A DNA stretch of 46,786 bases from Macrostomum lignano (taxonomy: Eukaryota). The first letter of the stretch is position 1. Each line of letters opens with the position of its first letter. Made by a program: the position numbers and the translations under genes. Where the stretch lies: NCBI GenBank assembly GCA_002269645.1, contig NIVC01004415.1, positions 1-46,786 of the forward strand. Reading direction: 5' to 3'. This document shows, piece by piece, positions 32,881-46,786 of the stretch. The notes beneath the pieces were generated by a model that was not told the DNA's origin, searched no databases, and saw nothing but the letters and a program-made list of their open reading frames with translations.

Positions 32881-35418
32881 GTGTAGAGATCTCCAAACAT
32901 GGTAGCCTACTAGAAGTAGTAAGATAAAATTATGAACACAAATTTAAAAATAGCTATGTGTCATACTCTATTTTAGTAATACCAGTAATGTCACGCAAAC
33001 AGCGAGTGACTATGCTATTGTTCGAAAAACCTGTTCTCGACATCTATTTTTAGAACTTCTAAATATGGTAAATGTTAACCCGAATGTGACCCAAGTCTCA
33101 CCCTTTTCTATTCAAAAACCCCACCAGTCAAATAATAAAATTCCTTTCGTGAACTCATAAAAAACCGGTTTTGAGCTCAAGGTCGACTCAAGGCCGAAAA
33201 ATTGTGTATAAATACAAACTCAAAATCCGAACTGAAATCTCAGACTCGGAGCAGCCTCCAAAGATCTTGGGCTTTGCAAGAGCAGCCAAACGAGGCTATA
33301 TCTCTGAGGAAGAGAAACACCAATTGGTAAGCTTTGTTCAAGTCTTCGTTATTTTGATTATTGAGAGCGATTGTTATTGCCGGCCGTTACTGTTCAGTCG
33401 ATTTTATTGAGACTATTGAGTTTGAGGCCTCCCTTTCCTAAGGGATTGGATAGGATCTGCGGACCGATTCCGATACCCTTAGAGGATTATTGAGTTATTG
33501 ATTTTGGATTATCCTAGATTAACCGATGGGAGCACACGACTCCGATTCCGTTAGTTCTAGAAGAAGACGCATTTTCTAGAGGACCTCGTATTGTTATAGA
33601 ATTTATTTTGTTATTAGGGCGCATCGTTGATATTGATTTCTGCACTCGAGGAGTACATTGATTTCGGCACTCGAGGTAATACTGCGACGTCGATTTAATT
33701 GCTACGCTCTCAGTCTCACACTGAGGTTGCTAGTTCAGTCTCACAGTTCAAACCACAAAGCCATAAATATCATCAAATCTAGCGCCCAAATTTTCAACCC
33801 TCCCCAGTCTGCCTTCAAAAGAACACGCACGCATTTAGGCTTCACTAGCCAGTTCATAGTCTATGGTAGGCGTGCTGAGAGAAAAGACAATAAGCCTGCA
33901 AGCCCCCCTCCTTACACAAAGGCAGAAGAGGTTTGTGCCATAGACTAAATTCTTATGGCCCCAGCCTTCTTCAGGACAAGCATATCCCATGACCAGACAA
34001 ATCAAGAAGCGAACAGGCTTAGAATGGAACAGTCAGTTTATCATAGCCAGTCGCTGTTAGACATCGGCTCTGCAAGAGCGTCTATTTAGGTAACAACTTT
34101 TGCGAGAGAATCGCACACGTACTTTGAACTGCCACTGTGGTAAGTTTTAATTTAAGGTGCTCTCTGCTACATTGTAAACTAAGGCAATTTGTTTATCAAT
34201 AAATAGATCGCAGAAATCATCTGTAGCCAGGGCCTATTCAGATATTGCGCAATCTCTGTCATTTGTGACAGAGCCTATATTTATGGAAAATAGGCAATCT
34301 TCAATAATCAATTTTTTAGCCACAAGACGTCACTTGAAACGAAGAGATAAACGATGAATGAAAAGTTGAGTTGAGTCTAATTATTACGACACCAGCCCAG
34401 AATGGAAACCCGACATGGGGTCTAAGATTGATTTCTCAACCACTCTGAGCATGTGTAGAGAAAATACTAATACTAAACTAAAGACTAGTTAATTGGAGTT
34501 AAATTGGAGCAGTAAATGGGGCACAGGGCCCAAACGAGTATGTTTATATGACTAATTTAGAGGGGGGTTGACTCCAGATAATAAGGAGAGGGGGGTGGAG
34601 TGCGCGACTGAAGAGAGAGGCGAGACTGGAGAGCCAATCAGAAGGCGGCGAGGGAGACAGATAAGAATAACAAGATTGAGCTAGACAGAGAGAGAAACCA
34701 GAGTAAACAGAGACAAGTGAAGGTGAACTAAGAAATGACTAGGAAAGTCGCGACACTCCCCCCAAAAAATGGAACATTTTTCCTCACACTCACGGCCAGC
34801 AGAGTTTCATGTTTACGAGCTACACATGAAATAGAATTAGAAGAATAGGCCATATGAATAGAAATAGCAACTGCTCCAACTCAAGCATTTACTCGGGCCT
34901 GTATGAATAAACTGAGAAATTGCTCATGAGCAAATGCTCATGAGATTTTTCTCAAGATAATTTGCTCCGATTTCAGAGCAAATACTCTGAGATTGAGCAA
35001 TTACTCAGGTCAATAAGAATAAAACTACTACGCTCGTACGTAGACTAAATTTCTGAGCAATTGCTCAGAAAACGTTGAGACAGCCTCCTGGCAGACTCAA
35101 GAACGAGTCGCAGTGTAAAAAGCAGATAAATCGTCAAAGCTAAACTCCTGGGGGGTCTTTCTCGAAAGCAACTTACGATCAGCCATAGACGTAAGTTGGG
35201 GAGGAAGTGCTTATGGCTTGCTCGAAAGTCTTGCAACTTGAAACGACGTACGATCGATCGCAACTTTGCGAGCTCGTAACTTTGCGCAAAAGACTGTTTC
35301 TCGAAACGTTCGTATGTCTATGGTCTTTCGTAAGGTTGATCTTAACCCTACGACTGCTCGGGACCAGTCGGAAGTGAACAAGTGAGAAATTTAGCTGTTT
35401 TGAAAGATCAGTGGCACC

Positions 35419-36142
35419 ATGTCGAGCAAACGACAACCTAACTTTACGTCAGGTGAAAAGGAGGAATTGATCAATTTTGTTCAAAAGCATCTAGATTCAA
35501 AGGATCAAAAAGCTGAAACACAGACGAAAAAAGGCGTGCTGGGACACGTGTGCAAGCCAGGTGAATGCAATTGGTGCAAACAAGCGTACAGGAGACGAGT
35601 GTCGAAAGAAATGGTCGGATTTCAAATCTGACGTGAAAGCTAAGCTTGTTTTGCAACGGAAAGACAAGAATGCAACTGGAGGTGGACCACCAACAGCATC
35701 GGATCTGACGCAGTTCGAAGTGGATACTGCTGCAATGATGGCCTCTGAAAGTATTGTTGGTGTGTCTGGCGGGGTCGACTCCATGCAACCCGAATGTTCG
35801 GCTGGCTCCTCGACACCGACGATGCCAAGGGAGAGTGGCTGCCCGACGCCGCACTGTAGCACTACCGAATTCGTTTCTGACCAAAGACTAGGTTCAACCC
35901 GGGACGAATCATTAGCGCGGTGCTCTAGGTCTAGCAATTCTAGCACGTCTAGCCCTGAGATGCCGACGACACCCAAGAGGGTTAGTGTCGACAGCAAGAT
36001 AATGGATATCTGCAACTTTGAGGAGCAGAGACTGCATATTGAGAAGGATCGACTGGAGGTTGAGAAAAAACGGCTGTCAGTAGAGTGCGAGCGTTTAGCA
36101 ATTGAAAGGGCTCGATTGGATATTGAGTCAAGGAAAAAGTAA
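35419..36142 (+). pseudogene. Harbinger Myb/SANT-like DNA-binding protein, one frameshift
   Basis: MSSKRQPNFTSGEKEELINFVQKH... joins KKACWDTCASQVNAIGANKRTGDECRKKWSDFKSDVKAK after a single shift in the A-run near 35530 (trihelix/Myb_DNA-bind pattern); C-terminal coiled coil EEQRLHIEKDRLEVEKKRL. Confidence 0.85.
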
Positions 36143-36365
36143 TGAACTCGCGTATTTGTATGTTAAAACTGTGTTAAATGACTCGACGAAGTCTGAAAAT
36201 AATGAATTATAGTTATTGTAGTTGTTGTCCGAGTTTAATATTGTTATAACAAATGAAATATCTCATAACATGTAACGGATAACATAACAGAATAAACTAT
36301 TAATGATGAAGATCAAATTGTTGGCAAAGATATTGATAATATCAAGGTCAAAATACCAGCCATAA

Positions 36366-37047
36366 TTAATGCAACATTGCGTTCATAATACGAATTCTTT
36401 CTGCTCGCCCGGCTACAATGTCGTCATCAATAGCAACGTCTTCGGGATCGTCATTTGGATGATGCTGAACTGCTGTAGTCAAAGGAACTCCTCTATTCAT
36501 TGCGATGTTGTGCAGTACAATACAAGAGCTTATTACATTGCAGCACTTTGTAGAAGTAAATCGGAGACATCCTGAATGGCGATTCAGACACTGAAAACGT
36601 GCTTTCAGAATTTCAAAGGAACATTAGATTTTTACTCGAGATTTTCGCAGTCGGTGATTAAATTCGATTTCCCTTGCATCTCTTGGATCTTCGAACACTT
36701 TCATTAGAAATGGCCTTAATGGGCCACTGTCTCCGATTAGGAACCCTCCAACTAGCCCTGTAGCTAGAATTTCCTTGAGTTGCGAGTTGTTGAAAATGAA
36801 CGAATCATGAGTACTTCCTGGCCAACGTATTACAACGTTAGTGAAGGACATTGCTGCATCACATACAGCTTGCACATTGATGGAGTGAAAATATTTTCTG
36901 TTCACAAATACGTGCTCATTGTTCGCAGGCAGTTTAATCGCGATATGAGTACAGTCGATGGCTCCAATGACATGTGGCAATCCAGCGATAGTATTGAAGC
37001 CAGCCATGGTCCGATTGACTTCAGCGTGGCTCCTAGGAAAGATAACT
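36366..37047 (-). pseudogene. Harbinger DDE nuclease (HARBI1/DDE_Tnp_4-like), N-terminally truncated, premature stop
   Basis: IFP...GLPHVIGAIDCTHI...FVNRKYFHSINVQAVCD...WPGSTHDSFIF...LIGDSG-PL...FNHRLRKSRVKI*CSFEILKARF...CIVLHN. The TAA at 36626-36624 stands where the catalytic Glu is expected; the Tyr of GDSGYP is missing. Confidence 0.92.
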
Positions 37048-38150
37048 TCGATCGCTATCTCGAATTCCAGGCTTATCCGACGGGTGTCCGCATTGTCGCT
37101 GATTCTGCTGTCAATCATCGCCCTGAAGTTGGTCGATCTGAGGACGAACTCGAATTTCGACATACTTCATGGATGGACGTTCGCCGGCTCTTTCAGGCCT
37201 GTCCAAACTGGAGACTTGGAGGAGCAGAGGGAACCTTCGGAAGAAGGATATTTACACGTGGTGCTACGAGTACCTGTCACTGTCACAGAACAATAATCGT
37301 ACCTATTTTCCTCGTGCTAATTGTTCAATACAACTGTAAAGAATCCACTAGCGCTTATACATATATCAATCACAGAAATTCCAGTAATTGTTCATAGGAT
37401 TGGAATAACAAAAAGGAATATTTTTAATGACATAATTGTTATCAGTCATGCTTACATGCCTGACGATTAAAAAGTCATGGTGGCGCTCTACACCATGTGT
37501 GTGCGTGTGTCAGTGGAGAGTCATTGTATTGGGCCAAGTTGTTGGTGTGACGATGGTACCAAATGCCTTTTATTATTTCTAGTCAGAGCTGCAATCGATA
37601 CAATTCTACAGGTATAATTTGTCAATGTTTCTGCCGGTTATATGTACCGTAGCTAGAGTTGTGGACGTAAGACTGCCGAGCGGGAGTCAATTGAGCAGGT
37701 AAACTCACGCCCGTAGCTACTATTGTAGCTACGCTTGTAAAAGCCGCAGACGTACATTTTTAAAAGCGTCTCGTCGGTGGCCCTTAGTACAGATTTTCAA
37801 TTTGACCTAATTGTCTACGCAACGAGTGCCGGTTTAGAGTGCTACTGATTTGCTCTGATTTTCAATTGCAACTTGAACAACGTCCTGTAATGTCACAAAA
37901 GATAAATTGATACATTTTATAGACAATCAGTTGATAAAAAAAATTTAAAAGCAGACTTTGTGTCAGATAAAATTTCTTGTCAAGTTTGTCAACGCGTGTG
38001 CAGAGGGTGCTCAGCTGCGCACTGCAGCCAATAGCAAATTGACGACAAGGAAGCCAGGGCAAACCCACATGTGCAGCTTTGGTCGCATAAAATGCGCGCA
38101 GCGGGACGCAAAGCCACTCTTTGGTTTCCAGCCGTATCTCTCGCACAGCC

Positions 38151-44939
<6,789 letters not shown>

Positions 44940-45467
44940 CTGATATAAGTGCACGCGTATTCAAGAGTGCCAGCTGGCAGTGACTGATATAAGTGCACGC
45001 GTACTCAAGAGCGCCAGCTGGCACTGACTGATATAAGTGCACGCGTACTCAAGGGTTCCAGCTGGAACTGACTGAAATAAGTGGTATAAGTGTTGGCAAA
45101 GAAAAATCTAAATTTACAATAGATGATCAAGACATTTAACGTGAAGCCATTTTCCAGGACGATCAAATAATTTTCACAAGCTTGCTAGCTTTTAATTCAG
45201 CCGCAATAATAATAAAGAGTCGAGAACGCGCTGAAAAGCAATTATCTGAGCAAGGAGCCACCGTATTTGACGTTTGGCGCTGCAATGATTTTTATATTGT
45301 TACTATTATATGTTAGTCTCTAATCAAATACTTTATTAAATGAAACTTGTCGGCTTTTCTTTATTATTAATTTTCAAATAAACTACTTATAAGTCACTTG
45401 AATAAAAATCTCGTAGGAGTCATTCTATTCACGTCCCTTCCTTTGGGCTTTGATGGGCTTTGATTTA

Positions 45468-46489
45468 TCACCAATAGGGATGCTTGCAGTGACGGCAACC
45501 AATAGGGATGCTTGCAGTGACGGCAACCAATAGGGATGCTTGCAGTGACGGCAACCAATAGGGATGCTTGCAGTGACGGCAACCAATAGGGATGCTTGCA
45601 GTGACGGCAATCAATAGGGATGCTTGCAGTGACAGCAATCAATAGGGATGCTTGCAGTGACGGCAACCAATAGGGACGCTTGCAGTGACGGCAACCAATA
45701 GGGATGCTTGCAGTGACGGCAACCAATAGTGATGCTTGCAGTGATGGCAATCAATAGTGATGCTTGCAGTGATGGCAATCAATAGTGATGCTTGCAGTGA
45801 CGGCAACCAATAGGGATGCTTGCAGTGATGGCAACCAATAGTGATGCTTGCAGTGACGGCAACCAATAGGGATGCTTGCAGTGACGGCAACCAATAGGGA
45901 TGCTTGCAGTGACGGCAACCAATAGGGATGCTTGCAGTGACGGCAACCAATAGGGATGCTTGCAGTGACGGCAACCAATAGGGATGCTTGCAGTGACGGC
46001 AACCAATAGGGATGCTTGCAGTGACGGCAACCAATAGGGATGCTTGCAGTGACGGCAACCAATAGTGATGCTTGCAGTGACGGCAACCAATAGGGATGCT
46101 TGCAGTGACGGCAACCAATAGTGATGCTTGCAGTGACGGCAAACCAATAGTGATGCTTGCAGTGACGGCAACCAAATAGGGACGCTTGCAGTGACGGCAA
46201 CCAATAGGGATGCTTGCAGTGACGGCAACCAATAGGGATGCTTGCAGTGACGGCAACAATGGGATGCTTGCAGTGACGGCAACCAATAGTGATGCTTGCA
46301 GTGACGGCAACCAATAGGGATGCTTGCAGTGACGGCAACAATATAGTGATGCTTGCAGTGATGGCAATCAATAGGGATGCTTGCAGTGGCGGCAACCAAT
46401 AGGGATGCTTGCAGTGACGGCAACCATAGGGATGCTTGCAGTGACGGAGATAGTGATGCTTGCAGTGACGAACCAATAGTGATGCTTGC
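45468..46489 (+). repeat. 28-bp minisatellite, ~36 units
   Basis: Counterpart of 28358-29432. Confidence 0.97.
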
Positions 46490-46786
46490 ATCTCTCGTCA
46501 AACGGAAAGACAACTTTACCGCAATCACGGCTCTACTTGTTTTTTCATGCATTGCACATTATTAAGGTGGTTTTATAACTCATTTGGTGGTGGATTAACA
46601 AGGTTAAACGGGCACAAGCCCCTCACCTCCATCATCTCAAATCTCTCATTCCACATCCCTTCTTCCCCATACTCGTATGCACCTGAAGGCTTGGTATTAG
46701 CGCTACGAGAAGAAACGTTTCAGTCTTATTTAGCCAGCGCGACATCATTATCGGTCTCAAGATCATGAGGCAAACAAAGTCAAGCC

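Larger units (their letters stand above)
34895..37047. mobile_element. PIF/Harbinger DNA transposon, truncated on the nuclease side
   Basis: Convergent Myb/SANT (+) and DDE nuclease (-) genes, the standard Harbinger layout; candidate left terminus GGGCCTGTATGAATAAA followed by palindromic subterminal motifs (TGCTCATGAGCA, CTGAGCAATTGCTCAG); right end replaced by the duplication junction. Confidence 0.88.

Noticed and set aside
33244-33326. Isolated exon-like segment ending at GTAAGC
   Set aside because: Weak acceptor, no partner exons and no recognisable peptide.

Overview
Eukaryotic (animal) genomic DNA with GT-AG spliceosomal introns, many filled with minisatellites. The style resembles the flatworm Macrostomum, but that is an inference and was not checked. 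Genes from left to right: a complete two-exon RPS23 (4647-5838); a three-exon, ~684-aa low-complexity Q/P/A/N-rich protein (10409-15397); an orphan minus-strand exon (20017-20178); an eight-exon trefoil + GH31 lysosomal-type alpha-glucosidase (21090-27828); an intronless membrane-anchored FkbM-family methyltransferase (30446-31600, minus); a truncated PIF/Harbinger transposon (Myb/SANT gene plus DDE nuclease, ~34895-37047); and a second GH31 copy (38151-44939). The block from 37048 to the window end duplicates 20063-~29735, an offset of 16,985 bp at the left junction. That junction fuses the start of the orphan exon in frame to the Harbinger nuclease core. Both GH31 copies carry different frameshifts, which may be decay or long-read errors. 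Other mobile DNA: two P-element-like elements with CACAGATACTA TIRs and 8-bp TSDs (one carries a decayed THAP/transposase N-terminus), a separate decayed P-like transposase, a tRNA-derived SINE present in only one duplicate, a 5'-truncated LINE-like 3' end, and Helitron/HINE-like repeats next to (GATA)n tracts. No CRISPR, rRNA or bona fide tRNA gene was found. All coordinates and alignments were read by eye.
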